Source: a virus (taxonomy: Duplodnaviria; Caudoviricetes). From it: a DNA stretch of 64,000 bases. Of this stretch, positions 10,218 through 19,199 are shown in pieces (positions within the stretch are counted from its first letter, which is position 1; each line of letters opens with the position of its first letter). Under the pieces are notes generated by a model. That model was not told the DNA's origin, did no database searches, and saw only the letters and a list, made by a program, of their open reading frames with translations. The DNA lies in IMG/VR virus record IMGVR_UViG_3300032038_000037, positions 35,277 to 99,276 of that record; one strand, written 5' to 3'. The position numbers and the translations under genes were made by a program.

Positions 10218-11228
10218 TTACCACTCCTCTGTAACTTTATAATGATATCTACTTTGACATCGTGAAACTGGAATATCTGCTACAAAACGAAATTCACTAG
10301 TTTTAGCATAAAGAGCATCTATGCGGCAAACAATCGTTAAAGTAGTATTAGAAGAACTCATAACACAATGAAATGCTGCAGGACAAGCATTACCTGAGGA
10401 ATAACCACTAGACATACATACTTCCTTTGGTACTGCATTAATATGACTTAAATTAAGAGATTCATCTACATATGTACCACCAGTTGTATGTAAAAAATCA
10501 TCAATAGTAATCGTACATAAATCAGTATTTGTAATATTACCAGTTCCAATTGTCGTTTGCGCGGCACTAGTTAAGGACAATCTTATACTTATATTTAAAT
10601 CATTACCAATCAAACGTACAGCACTAGCAGCTACAGTTACTCCAGTAACATTTGGAGTTATTGTATGCTCTATAGAAAGGCATTGAGAAATTACATTTAA
10701 ATAATAATCTAACTTTAAATTTAAATAACGTATTTTTGTAGTTATTCTATCTAACATTGAATATAAGCCATTAGTTTTTACTTGAACTTTTAAAAGATTA
10801 CTAAACTCAGGGGAAGTAAAAATTTCTTGTGCATTTACAGAAGAAATAGAACTATTGTAAGTAATATCACTAAAAGTTCCATAAAAACGATCTGTAGTAG
10901 TTGTGTCTACTGAATATGAATTATTGTTACTGTTAAAAGATAAATTATATAGATAACCAAAATCCCCTTCATCATCTATAATTAAACCTATAGTATAATT
11001 AGTAGAACTAGTTTTATTACAATTTATAGTAATTGCCCAAACGTTATATGTTGTAGAATTACTCCCTATATAATTATATAGGGCAGTTAAGGAATAGTTT
11101 CCTATTGGTAAAATTTCAGCAAAAGCTTTTATATTTGGATATGTCCCAGTTTCTTTTATCCAATTTATTTTTCCGTCAAAATAAATACCTTGTTGAATTT
11201 CATTAAAATTAATATTCTTAGTTGCCAT
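10218..11228 (-). CDS. Two-domain tail protein whose C-terminal half is tip module paralog 1
   Basis: Start refined to ATG 11228; C-terminal helix (LYSMLDRITTKIRYLNLKL) plus beta domain. Confidence 0.55.
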   Translation of the reverse strand: MATKNINFNEIQQGIYFDGKINWIKETGTYPNIKAFAEILPIGNYSLTALYNYIGSNSTTYNVWAITINCNKTSSTNYTIGLIIDDEGDFGYLYNLSFNSNNNSYSVDTTTTDRFYGTFSDITYNSSISSVNAQEIFTSPEFSNLLKVQVKTNGLYSMLDRITTKIRYLNLKLDYYLNVISQCLSIEHTITPNVTGVTVAASAVRLIGNDLNISIRLSLTSAAQTTIGTGNITNTDLCTITIDDFLHTTGGTYVDESLNLSHINAVPKEVCMSSGYSSGNACPAAFHCVMSSSNTTLTIVCRIDALYAKTSEFRFVADIPVSRCQSRYHYKVTEEW

Positions 11229-11240
11229 AGTCTTCACCTA

Positions 11241-12524
11241 TTAAACAGCATCTAAACTAGTCATTAATGCAGTATATTCCGCACTAGTAATCGTATGGTC
11301 TAAACTTGCAACCTCTAATCCATTTTGAATCACGGTATTCCCAGTCCATGATACTGTAAAAATATTATTTCTATTATAAGTAATTGAACTACCCGATCCA
11401 GACGGCCCTGAGCCATTTCCAATTATGAATGCATAAGTATTATTTGTATCTGAAGTATTCCATTTACCAATAACAAATTGATTATCACTCCCAGCAATAG
11501 TTCCCCATCCCGCGGCAGAACTTGCAGCCCCATTTGCTTGGGTAGAACAGTTTTGGGCATGAGAGCGTGCTCCATAAGCAATAGTAGAGCAGCCTTCTGC
11601 GTGAGAATAATCTCCAGCAGCCAATGTACAAGAACCTGTTGCCACTGAAGTTTTTCCTATCGCTGCAGATGAATAACGAGGATCTGAACCAGAATATTCT
11701 GTTGGGGTTGTGGCATACCATCCACTACTTCCATATATTGCATTATAATAAGTTGTTTTTATAGTATCGATTGTAGCAGTAAAAGACCCAGAATATTTTC
11801 TTGGACCATTACCATGAACAAAAGAAGCATCTCCTTTAGTCCAAGTATATCTTCCTCCAGCATGACAATAATCACTATAAGCTGTAGTATACGCGCCTTC
11901 CGAATGAGCAGCATCACCATCTGTCCTAGTACACAATCCTTCCGCATGAGAGGCAAATGCTGCAGCTATTGTATAGCCATCATCCTGATCTCCTGATCCT
12001 TCTGCATGAGCCGAATGTCCTGACGCTATTGTAAACCATCCTTCTGCAACCGCATGTTGTCCTGTAGCTTTTGTGCCATATCCTAAAGTAGTAGCATTTT
12101 GCCCAATAGTATAGCTTGAAGATTCTGTTGCACTTTGTACACTCCTCAAACTTCCAGTCGCGCTACCATCTAATAAATTCTGGGCACCTGCGGTAGCAGT
12201 TCCCCATGTAGGCGCACCAGAACCAGAAGAAATTAAAACTTGACCACTTGTACCTGCCGCTGTTGGCGCGTAGAAACTTGGAGTCGTAGTCGAACTCCCA
12301 TTAAGTGTGACAGTAACTCCTGCAGGTACGCTTGCCCACGTCGGCGCGCCACTGCCATTTGATTTTAAAAAATATCCACTAGTACCAGCAGTTGTCGGAG
12401 CGTAAATGGCAGTTCCACTTGTACTTCCATCCCAACTAGTACCATTAATACTAATTCCATTTTTTGTATTCATTTCATAAGTATTACTACCAACTGTAAT
12501 ACTTTTTAATCCATAAGTTGCCAT
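11241..12524 (-). CDS. Tail fibre/adhesin with YadA-head-like (xHAEG) repeats
   Basis: Repeated HAVAEG/SAHAEG/ASHAEG/AHSEG/SHAEG; duplicated APTxAGTSG..L.S.GSGAPTW; C-terminal AFIIGNG...RNNIFTVSWTG. Confidence 0.75.
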   Translation of the reverse strand: MATYGLKSITVGSNTYEMNTKNGISINGTSWDGSTSGTAIYAPTTAGTSGYFLKSNGSGAPTWASVPAGVTVTLNGSSTTTPSFYAPTAAGTSGQVLISSGSGAPTWGTATAGAQNLLDGSATGSLRSVQSATESSSYTIGQNATTLGYGTKATGQHAVAEGWFTIASGHSAHAEGSGDQDDGYTIAAAFASHAEGLCTRTDGDAAHSEGAYTTAYSDYCHAGGRYTWTKGDASFVHGNGPRKYSGSFTATIDTIKTTYYNAIYGSSGWYATTPTEYSGSDPRYSSAAIGKTSVATGSCTLAAGDYSHAEGCSTIAYGARSHAQNCSTQANGAASSAAGWGTIAGSDNQFVIGKWNTSDTNNTYAFIIGNGSGPSGSGSSITYNRNNIFTVSWTGNTVIQNGLEVASLDHTITSAEYTALMTSLDAV

Positions 12525-12535
12525 TTATTTCCCCC

Positions 12536-12757
12536 TTATGCTCTGTTTCTTAATTCTAAATTTTTTGTTGCTAAGGTGTAAATCGCTTCTATATATCCAT
12601 TATCTAATTCCATACTCGGTACGTCGCCAGTTGTAATTCTCATTATTGCTGCTGCGAAATTTGAAGGGGTCAAATTGTTTTCACGACCCTTATTATAAAT
12701 AGCTTGTGCTATATCTCGCAAAAGCTGTTCAGTTATTAAAACTTTTTCATTAGCCAT
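12536..12757 (-). CDS. Small tail-fibre-associated protein
   Basis: 73 aa with GGGGG RBS; LRDIAQAI...LTPSNFAAAI motif common in fibre N-termini. Confidence 0.55.
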   Translation of the reverse strand: MANEKVLITEQLLRDIAQAIYNKGRENNLTPSNFAAAIMRITTGDVPSMELDNGYIEAIYTLATKNLELRNRA

Positions 12758-12770
12758 TGTTTAACCCCCC

Positions 12771-14585
12771 TTAAGACGTTGTGACTGATAAAGTTAAATT
12801 TTTACTTGTCGAGTTATATGTGCCAATTAAAGCTGCACTTCCCATCGTATATGTAATTGCTCCATTTGATGCCGACATTCCTGTTACTACATTGCCAGAG
12901 CCACTTGATGTTACTGTTGTTACCGTATCAGTAAATTTAGGAGTAGAACCAACAGCAACTCCATTTAATTGCGTTGTTTGCAAATTTCCTGTTGATGGAG
13001 TGTATTTTAAATTAGTATTATATAAACAATTATATGCTGTACCGCTGGTAATAGAAGTAGGCCCTAATACTATTGGAATTGCTGTACTCCCTGTATTAGA
13101 AGTTAATTTAACTTTTTCATCAGTATTGGTCACTGTAGAAGCTATTGTAATTTTCTTATTAGTAGTATCATCAGTAAGACTAATACCCGTTCCTGCGGCT
13201 AATTCTGCCGTTGTGGTTGTTGAACCACTTCCACTACCTCCAGCAGTAAATGTCCAAGTAAACTTATGTGAACTAAGCGCGTTACTAAGTGAATAAGTTG
13301 TATCTGTATCACTAGTTGCTACAGTTCCAATATCAACTATTCCACTAGATGGATTTTTAGTTGTTCCATTTATTTTTACTCCGGTAACTGTACCAGTATA
13401 TTGTTCAGTTTGTAAAAAAGTTTCCCATGTACCTTTTTGAGTAAGAGCTTTTGTAGTAGTAGATCCATCAAAAGCCAAAGTAGTATAACATAACTTATCA
13501 CTATTACTATGATCTGCAACTACTAAATAATCTCCATTAGCTATAGGCATTTGAGAAGAAAAAGTTCCATCATTTTTTAAATACCCATGAGAGTGAGAAC
13601 TCGCGGCTGCGCCTACATCAGAAGCAGATAAAGTAACATCTCCAGTTTTAGTATTAACTGAAGTTACTGGATAATTTATTGTTGGAATAGTAGGCATTGT
13701 AAAAATAACCGATGTTCCGCCAGCTGTTAATTTATATTTACCTGCACTCGCTAATGTAACTGTACTAGTACCCGTATCAATAGCTAAACTTGTTGTATGG
13801 GTATGATTACCCGCCGCAGCTGTAGTTGCTGTAGTACCAATTGTAAGAGCATCTGTAATTCCATAGCCACTTATCGTAGTTGGTGTATTACCAATTTCAG
13901 AAAAATTATAAGATGGCTTTGATGATGCTTTTGCCCAACTTGGAACGGTTGGATCAGTTTCAGTAAAAGAAGTAAGATAAATACTGCTTAAATCTGGTAT
14001 ATCACTTGCAACTAAAGCTCTAAAGCTTGGTGCGGCCGCACTGCCTGATGTTGGGCCTGCAAGCACATAATTTGCTGTTTTAGTCCCATATGGATTTTTT
14101 GTATCACCATAAGCGTTAGCTATTGAAATAGTATAAGTTCCACTATTATAACTTCCTGCAATTGGTGAAGTAACAGCTACTTTTACAGATGCTTCTCTTA
14201 CAGTCACGGTCCAAGCATTTGCACTAGTTAACTTATAAACATATACCTGATCTCCTTGTTGAGAACTAGTATGACTACTAACGCTTCTATAATATTGAAA
14301 TTCTACATTCGTAGGATTTGTAGCATCACTAACATAAGCCATAAAAGCCATTCTAGTCTGTGAACCAGAGGCTGGATTGGCGTTAGAAGATGCCCTACAA
14401 TAAACTACATGATTTGCCTTATAAGCTGTTAAAAAATCATTCCATGTGGATGTTCCATATGATAGAATTGTCATACCCGACATAAAATTACTATCATTTT
14501 GTAAATCACTAGTTTTAGTAGGTATGGGGATGTGATAGGTTTTATTGCCTATTGTTAAATTTTTCATTTCGCCAACTAAGGCCAT
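12771..14585 (-). CDS. Tail fibre protein (Thr/Ser-rich)
   Basis: Fibre repeats IPTKTSDLQNDSNF, ETDPTVPSWAK, PTTISGYGITDA, VTSVNTKTGDVTLSASDVGA, AAAGNHTH. Confidence 0.75.
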   Translation of the reverse strand: MALVGEMKNLTIGNKTYHIPIPTKTSDLQNDSNFMSGMTILSYGTSTWNDFLTAYKANHVVYCRASSNANPASGSQTRMAFMAYVSDATNPTNVEFQYYRSVSSHTSSQQGDQVYVYKLTSANAWTVTVREASVKVAVTSPIAGSYNSGTYTISIANAYGDTKNPYGTKTANYVLAGPTSGSAAAPSFRALVASDIPDLSSIYLTSFTETDPTVPSWAKASSKPSYNFSEIGNTPTTISGYGITDALTIGTTATTAAAGNHTHTTSLAIDTGTSTVTLASAGKYKLTAGGTSVIFTMPTIPTINYPVTSVNTKTGDVTLSASDVGAAASSHSHGYLKNDGTFSSQMPIANGDYLVVADHSNSDKLCYTTLAFDGSTTTKALTQKGTWETFLQTEQYTGTVTGVKINGTTKNPSSGIVDIGTVATSDTDTTYSLSNALSSHKFTWTFTAGGSGSGSTTTTAELAAGTGISLTDDTTNKKITIASTVTNTDEKVKLTSNTGSTAIPIVLGPTSITSGTAYNCLYNTNLKYTPSTGNLQTTQLNGVAVGSTPKFTDTVTTVTSSGSGNVVTGMSASNGAITYTMGSAALIGTYNSTSKNLTLSVTTS

Positions 14586-14608
14586 TGTAATTACCCCCTA
14601 ATTTATAA

Positions 14609-14839
14609 TTATTCTTCATTTCCTTCCTCATATAAAGTCTCAAAACATTCGTTTAAAATAGGAGTGCCATATTGATCCTGTAATGTTAATGCAACTTTTA
14701 AAAATTGTGTTGAAGCTACTGCCGCGGCCGCGCGCTGATAATATAAAGCAAGACCCATTGCTCTATTCGATCTAGCCGTAATCGTACTATTAACAACCCC
14801 ATCAGGTCTTGTCTGTAATTCTGTAACAAAATAATACAT
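14609..14839 (-). CDS. Hypothetical protein in the fibre cluster
   Basis: 76 aa, AAGGAG RBS. Confidence 0.7.
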   Translation of the reverse strand: MYYFVTELQTRPDGVVNSTITARSNRAMGLALYYQRAAAAVASTQFLKVALTLQDQYGTPILNECFETLYEEGNEE

Positions 14840-14862
14840 TTGAATTCTCCTTTATAAAATAT

Positions 14863-15006
14863 TTATTCGCTATCATTTGAAGAGCCAATAGTTAAAGTAA
14901 CAGTATAAGTATCTTCATCATATTCCGAATCAATTATGGTACTTAAATCTACATATTCTTTAGTAACTACGTCTTCATTATCTGTAATTTCTGTTAAATT
15001 TTTCAT
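14863..15006 (-). CDS. Small acidic protein (47 aa, MKNLTEITDNEDVVTKEYVDL...) not in the ORF track
   Basis: AAGGAG RBS before ATG 15006; open to TAA 14863; VTKEYVD fibre-type motif. Confidence 0.6.
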   Translation of the reverse strand: MKNLTEITDNEDVVTKEYVDLSTIIDSEYDEDTYTVTLTIGSSNDSE

Positions 15007-15022
15007 AATTTACTCCTTTATA

Positions 15023-15055
15023 TAAAAGCCCTTCCCATAATTAATGAGAAGGGCT
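15023..15055 (-). terminator. Intrinsic terminator hairpin
   Basis: Minus strand AGCCCTTCTCAT-taatt-ATGGGAAGGGCT followed by TTT. Confidence 0.7.
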
Positions 15056-15080
15056 ATAATATATTTCTTCCCTCATTATT

Positions 15081-15112
15081 ATTATCTCACAAATATAATG
15101 AGAAGTCAAATT
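15081..15112 (-). promoter_or_regulatory. sigmaA-like promoter (TTGACT-17-GATAAT)
   Basis: AAATTTGACT at 15113-15104, 17-nt spacer, GATAAT at 15086-15081. Confidence 0.45.
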
Positions 15113-16531
15113 TTAAACAGTAACTACACACTTAATTGTAATTGCACTCGCGGCTGCAGAAGCAATAGAGAAATCTGAACCATCATAATCAACAATTACT
15201 GCTTCTCCACCTTGATAAGCTTGGAAAGTAATTAATTTACTTGCCACACCACTTGCACTAATTGAAGTTTGTCCCTGAGCAATTGTAAGTGTTGTATATG
15301 TAATAGCTCCTTGAGAAGCAGCTTCTAAGTTATCAAGTGTAGTCTTATCAGTTGCAGACATTAAACCATCAGCACTCTGTGTAGCATTACCAACTAAACC
15401 AGTAATATCTGACTTAGCTACCGCGGTCGTTCCATTCACATGACCATAAGCATCGGTTTTAATTTTATAAAAACCTGCTGTTCCAATTGCAGTTGCTCCA
15501 CTTGGTGTTCCGTGACCTATCGTAATACTTCCAGAAGATGTAATTGGACTACCAGATATAGTAATCAATCCACTATTAGAAATTCCAACACTAGTAACTG
15601 TACCGCTTGGTTCATCACCAGAAGGAATAACAACCCATTCAGAACCAGTTGAAATAATCGTATCTCCAACTTCAGCGGCCGGCTTACCAGTCTCAGCAGT
15701 ATGAGCAGTAATAACCTTATAAGTGAAGCCTTCATTCGCAGCCACTGCAGTTGGTAAATTCGCCCAAGTAACAGTACCACCAGTACCAACAGATCCTTTA
15801 AATATCATTGGTTCTGGAAGGTTTTCAATCGCACTATCTACATAAGTCTTAACAGCACCAGAAGTTGGTAAGCTAGCACTAGAATCAACTGAAGTCACAA
15901 CAGCTTTATATGCTGCATCGTCTAATCCTTTAACTGCAATATTATCTACAGTACCTGCCGCTGTAGTAATTTTTAAAGTACCATTGTTTGTACCACTAGC
16001 AAGAGTTACTGTTTGGTGAGAACTCAAATATGTGGTCGTATCTAATGCCCAAGTATTAGCTGCAGTTTTCTTTAAAAGTCCACTTGTTCCAGTTAAAGCT
16101 TCAATTGCCTTTAAATCATCTGCACCAGTAACTATTGAAAGTGGAATTGCTGTAATATCAACCGCCTTACTTGTTACTGTTAATGCCGTTCCATTAACTT
16201 TTACAGATTCAATAACATTAACTTGCGCACCAGTAGCAATTCCATTTAATTTAGTAACTTGAGTTGTGGTCATTAAACCAGCAGCACTAGTAGACGCATT
16301 TGGAATTGTTGCAATCCCACTGGTTACGAAAGAAGTTCCACTTGCATTTTGCACATCTTGTACTGAGCCAACTGCAATCCAAGCTGTACCATTATGTTGA
16401 TACATTAAATGATCTGTACTATTATAGTAAACTTGTCCTAAAGCTCCATTCGCGGGCGCAGTAGCTAATGGCTGAATAACTGCATTTTGTAATTCATTTT
16501 TATTTAAATTAAGATTAACTAAATAATCCAT
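15113..16531 (-). CDS. Tail fibre / structural protein
   Basis: NLNLNKNELQNAVIQPLATAP N-terminus; GLMTTTQVTKLNGIATGA, GLMSATDKTTLDNL and TDAYGHV fibre motifs. Confidence 0.7.
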   Translation of the reverse strand: MDYLVNLNLNKNELQNAVIQPLATAPANGALGQVYYNSTDHLMYQHNGTAWIAVGSVQDVQNASGTSFVTSGIATIPNASTSAAGLMTTTQVTKLNGIATGAQVNVIESVKVNGTALTVTSKAVDITAIPLSIVTGADDLKAIEALTGTSGLLKKTAANTWALDTTTYLSSHQTVTLASGTNNGTLKITTAAGTVDNIAVKGLDDAAYKAVVTSVDSSASLPTSGAVKTYVDSAIENLPEPMIFKGSVGTGGTVTWANLPTAVAANEGFTYKVITAHTAETGKPAAEVGDTIISTGSEWVVIPSGDEPSGTVTSVGISNSGLITISGSPITSSGSITIGHGTPSGATAIGTAGFYKIKTDAYGHVNGTTAVAKSDITGLVGNATQSADGLMSATDKTTLDNLEAASQGAITYTTLTIAQGQTSISASGVASKLITFQAYQGGEAVIVDYDGSDFSIASAAASAITIKCVVTV

Positions 16532-16543
16532 TCCTAAACCCCC

Positions 16544-17155
16544 TTAGTTGCAATAAGCCTTTCCGCTAAAAGCTCCATTGAAACTAATAACGGCTTGCTC
16601 TGTTGTTTGTAAAACAATTTCTCCAGTCACCACTGTTCCTGCACTATCTACAACTGTAATTGAAGGAAATTTTCCTAAATTATGAACTACTGTCCATAAA
16701 TTAGAAGCAACTTGTTGTTTATGAATATAATTTTTATCAGCACTTTTTGTAATTTCCTCAGTTAATTCCTCAATTTGCTCAGTATGAGTTGCAATTCCTT
16801 GCTCAGTAGCAGTAACTCGATTTTTTAAGTCTTCAATAGAACTACTTTCCATTTCAGAAAATTGGTCATCTTTCCATAAATAAGCAGTTCCATCAGTTTT
16901 ATTGATATAAAGTCGATCTTCTTCTCCTGTTACTCCAACAAGAGAATCAACAAAAATAATTTGATTATTTTCTGATTGATCGATGTAATTTAAATTAATC
17001 CAATCAGTAACTCCATCACCAACTTTAACTTTCATCTTATCCGTACTCAGCGCGGGTTCGCCAGCTCGTAGGATAGGATCGTATTGTATCCATTCCTCTT
17101 CGGTTGCGCGCCGAAACTGAATAATCGCCTTTACATGGCGTTTAATTGTCCCCAT
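16544..17155 (-). CDS. Structural protein with Mtd_N/hyaluronidase-N-like domain
   Basis: IQFRRATEEEW...PILRAGE...KVKVGDGVTDW; C-terminal WTVVHNLGKFPSITVVDS...FSGKAYCN. Confidence 0.7.
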   Translation of the reverse strand: MGTIKRHVKAIIQFRRATEEEWIQYDPILRAGEPALSTDKMKVKVGDGVTDWINLNYIDQSENNQIIFVDSLVGVTGEEDRLYINKTDGTAYLWKDDQFSEMESSSIEDLKNRVTATEQGIATHTEQIEELTEEITKSADKNYIHKQQVASNLWTVVHNLGKFPSITVVDSAGTVVTGEIVLQTTEQAVISFNGAFSGKAYCN

Positions 17156-17327
17156 AGCCTTTTACTCCTCCACCATCATATATCACTATTTCATCATAAT
17201 AAATTTCTTCAGGTGATGCCTTTCCAGTATCTATTTTTGGCTTATCTTCCCATTTTTTCTGAGAAAATTTGGGAGAAAAAGACTTATTAGAAGAACTAAA
17301 CTGTATTCTAAAACTATGATTCTTCAT
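17142..17327 (-). CDS. Small hypothetical protein
   Basis: GAGG RBS before ATG 17327; ends IYYDEIVIYDGGGV; overlaps both neighbours. Confidence 0.55.
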   Translation of the reverse strand: MKNHSFRIQFSSSNKSFSPKFSQKKWEDKPKIDTGKASPEEIYYDEIVIYDGGGVKGYGDN

Positions 17328-17823
17328 TTTCTTCCTCTCCAGGAACAACCGAGGCTTGTCCTCTTACTTCTCCGTCTAAATCACCATAAATTCTAAAGTT
17401 AGTAGGATTAGAAATATATACCTCTTCAAAATTATCTTCATTAACTAAAACTTTAAACTGTACAACTGCAATATTTTTTTCAGCTGCAGGCCAAAAAGTA
17501 AAGCCTAAAGTCTGTTCTTGAGTTAAATGTAAAATACAAGCTATATAAAACTCTTCTTCTCCCTCACCAACTTCATAACCTTCAAAGTCTATATCATTAG
17601 AAATAAACTCATCACCATGGTTACTATCTGTTATATCACTATTTTCTGCTTCTGCTAACAGCGGAACAACTTCAAAATCACTATTCGTTAATTGGATAAT
17701 TTTTTCTCCATTTTGAGTAAAAGTTACATAAATTCCGCTTATTGCTTCATAATTAAATGGTAAGACAAAATTTAAAATTGGTGTCGTTCCCCTAGTGATC
17801 TTCATCTTCATTTCTTTTATCAT
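17314..17823 (-). CDS. Baseplate-type (BppU-N-like) structural protein
   Basis: Start refined to 17823 (GGAGATAAAGG RBS); ITRGTTP...YVTFTQ...LTQEQTL motif. Confidence 0.55.
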   Translation of the reverse strand: MIKEMKMKITRGTTPILNFVLPFNYEAISGIYVTFTQNGEKIIQLTNSDFEVVPLLAEAENSDITDSNHGDEFISNDIDFEGYEVGEGEEEFYIACILHLTQEQTLGFTFWPAAEKNIAVVQFKVLVNEDNFEEVYISNPTNFRIYGDLDGEVRGQASVVPGEEENEES

Positions 17824-18151
17824 TACCTTTATCTCCCATCCAATCATATTGTTTTGGTAATTTGCAAAATTCTGCATACAACTCTGCACCTGTACCATTT
17901 CCACCATATTCTTTATATAAATCATAAAGCATTGTGGTATTATCAAATTCGTAGAAGGTCGTATATCCTCTTGCAATTGCCTTTCTTGTATACTTATAAA
18001 CTAAATCATGCAGAATTGCTAAATCGGTTCTTGTGGTAATGTCTTTCTTTTGATCTCGTTTCTGGACTTTATAAAGTATAAACGCCCAAAATCCCTGAGA
18101 ACCTATAATAGCAATTATTATACCTGCAATAATTTCGGGTGTAAAATACAT
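17792..18151 (-). CDS. Putative holin
   Basis: Single N-terminal TM helix and LYDLYKEYGGNG motif; near endolysin. Confidence 0.65.
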   Translation of the reverse strand: MYFTPEIIAGIIIAIIGSQGFWAFILYKVQKRDQKKDITTRTDLAILHDLVYKYTRKAIARGYTTFYEFDNTTMLYDLYKEYGGNGTGAELYAEFCKLPKQYDWMGDKGNDKRNEDEDH

Positions 18152-18182
18152 TGCTAAGCCTCCATTCTATTAAAAACAATTC

Positions 18183-18225
18183 CTTCCTTATAATAAGTGG
18201 AGCATGAATTGTTAGTATCTACTTT
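18183..18225 (-). promoter_or_regulatory. Putative late promoter (copy 2)
   Basis: Minus strand AGATactaacaattcatgctccACTTATtataAGGAAG. Confidence 0.55.
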
Positions 18226-18247
18226 TTCAATGTAGGAGGACTTAATT

Positions 18248-18625
18248 ATGAGCAGCTATGAAGAAAAGATTGTTACAATTTTAAAAAGAAATAAAATTAA
18301 ATTTCAAAGAGAAAAAACTTTTTCAGATTTAAAAAAAGGTAAGTATCGCTTTGATTTTTTTATTCCAAATTACAAAGGCGCGCCAAGACTCTTAGAAATA
18401 AACGGTGAACAACACTACAAACAAGTTAAAAAATTCCAAAAAACTCGTAAAGATTTTCTTGCACAAAAAGAGCGAGATCGTAGAAAAATCTCCTACTGTC
18501 TCGCTCATAAGATTGACTTATATATTATACCTTATTGGGACATTGACAAAATACAATCGGTTAAAGATCTATTTCGTCCAATGTACAAGGCGCGCAGTCG
18601 ATGGCACTGCGATTTAAGTCGCTGA
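18248..18625 (+). CDS. DUF559/Vsr-like PD-(D/E)xK endonuclease
   Basis: YRFDFF...LLEINGEQHY...RDRRKISYC...LYIIPYW; AGGAGG RBS; opposite strand to neighbours. Confidence 0.75.
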   Translation: MSSYEEKIVTILKRNKIKFQREKTFSDLKKGKYRFDFFIPNYKGAPRLLEINGEQHYKQVKKFQKTRKDFLAQKERDRRKISYCLAHKIDLYIIPYWDIDKIQSVKDLFRPMYKARSRWHCDLSR

Positions 18626-19093
18626 ATAAACTGTATTATCTGCTATAGGTATATTCGCTAAAGCATCTGCAATTTTTTGATCAACTTGCGCCGGAGTTGT
18701 ATATGTAGATCCATGAGTATGATCTCCAGCTGCGGCAGTTGTAGAAGTATTGCCAAGTTTCACAAAACCATTAGATGCAACATCAGCAATTTTAATAAAA
18801 CCATTAGATGCGACGTCAGCGATTTTAATAAAACCTGCTGTTGTAACATCAGATAATGTTATGAAGTTACTATCATTATTTAAGTCACTTATATTAGTAG
18901 GGATTTGTCCAGTAATTGCGCTTACAGTAGCTTCTAAATCATCTATGTCTTCTCCTACATTATTCACACTAGTTTCTAATTCACCTAACCAACTATAAGC
19001 ATTAGCAATACCATTTTCGATATAATCCATATTTTCCTCAGTAATTAGTTCTTCATTAAACCAATCATGAGGCTCATAGCTATAATTACTCAT
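18614..19093 (-). CDS. Small virion/fibre-like protein
   Basis: YEPHDW...ITEENMDYIENGI N-terminal motif; IPTNISDLNNDSNF and AAAGDHTH shared with 12771..14585. Confidence 0.6.
   Translation of the reverse strand: MSNYSYEPHDWFNEELITEENMDYIENGIANAYSWLGELETSVNNVGEDIDDLEATVSAITGQIPTNISDLNNDSNFITLSDVTTAGFIKIADVASNGFIKIADVASNGFVKLGNTSTTAAAGDHTHGSTYTTPAQVDQKIADALANIPIADNTVYSAT
18764..18835. repeat. 33-bp tandem duplication (GFIKIADVASN x2)
   Basis: aaaaccattagatgcaacatcagcaattttaat / aaaaccattagatgcgacgtcagcgattttaat / aaaacc. Confidence 0.9.
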
Positions 19094-19105
19094 TTCTCAC
19101 CTCAA

Positions 19106-19138
19106 AAATTTGATTTTTTCTCAAAATCTTTTTATAAT
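19106..19138 (+). promoter_or_regulatory. sigmaA-like promoter pointing antisense into the endolysin
   Basis: AAATTTGATT (TTGATT 19110-15), 17-nt spacer, TATAAT 19133-38; no plus-strand gene downstream. Confidence 0.55.
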
Positions 19139-19199
19139 TAGCTTGGGCGCAAGAAAAAAAGAAAACAAAAAAACAAAAAAACCTTTATTATATTATATA

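Noticed and set aside
9233-16531. Invertase/shufflon-type fibre switching
   Set aside because: All genes are co-oriented, no recombinase is present, and I saw no repeated crossover sites at the DNA level
16544-17155. Diversity-generating retroelement suggested by the Mtd_N-like domain
   Set aside because: No reverse transcriptase and no adenine-variant template/variable repeat pair seen in the window
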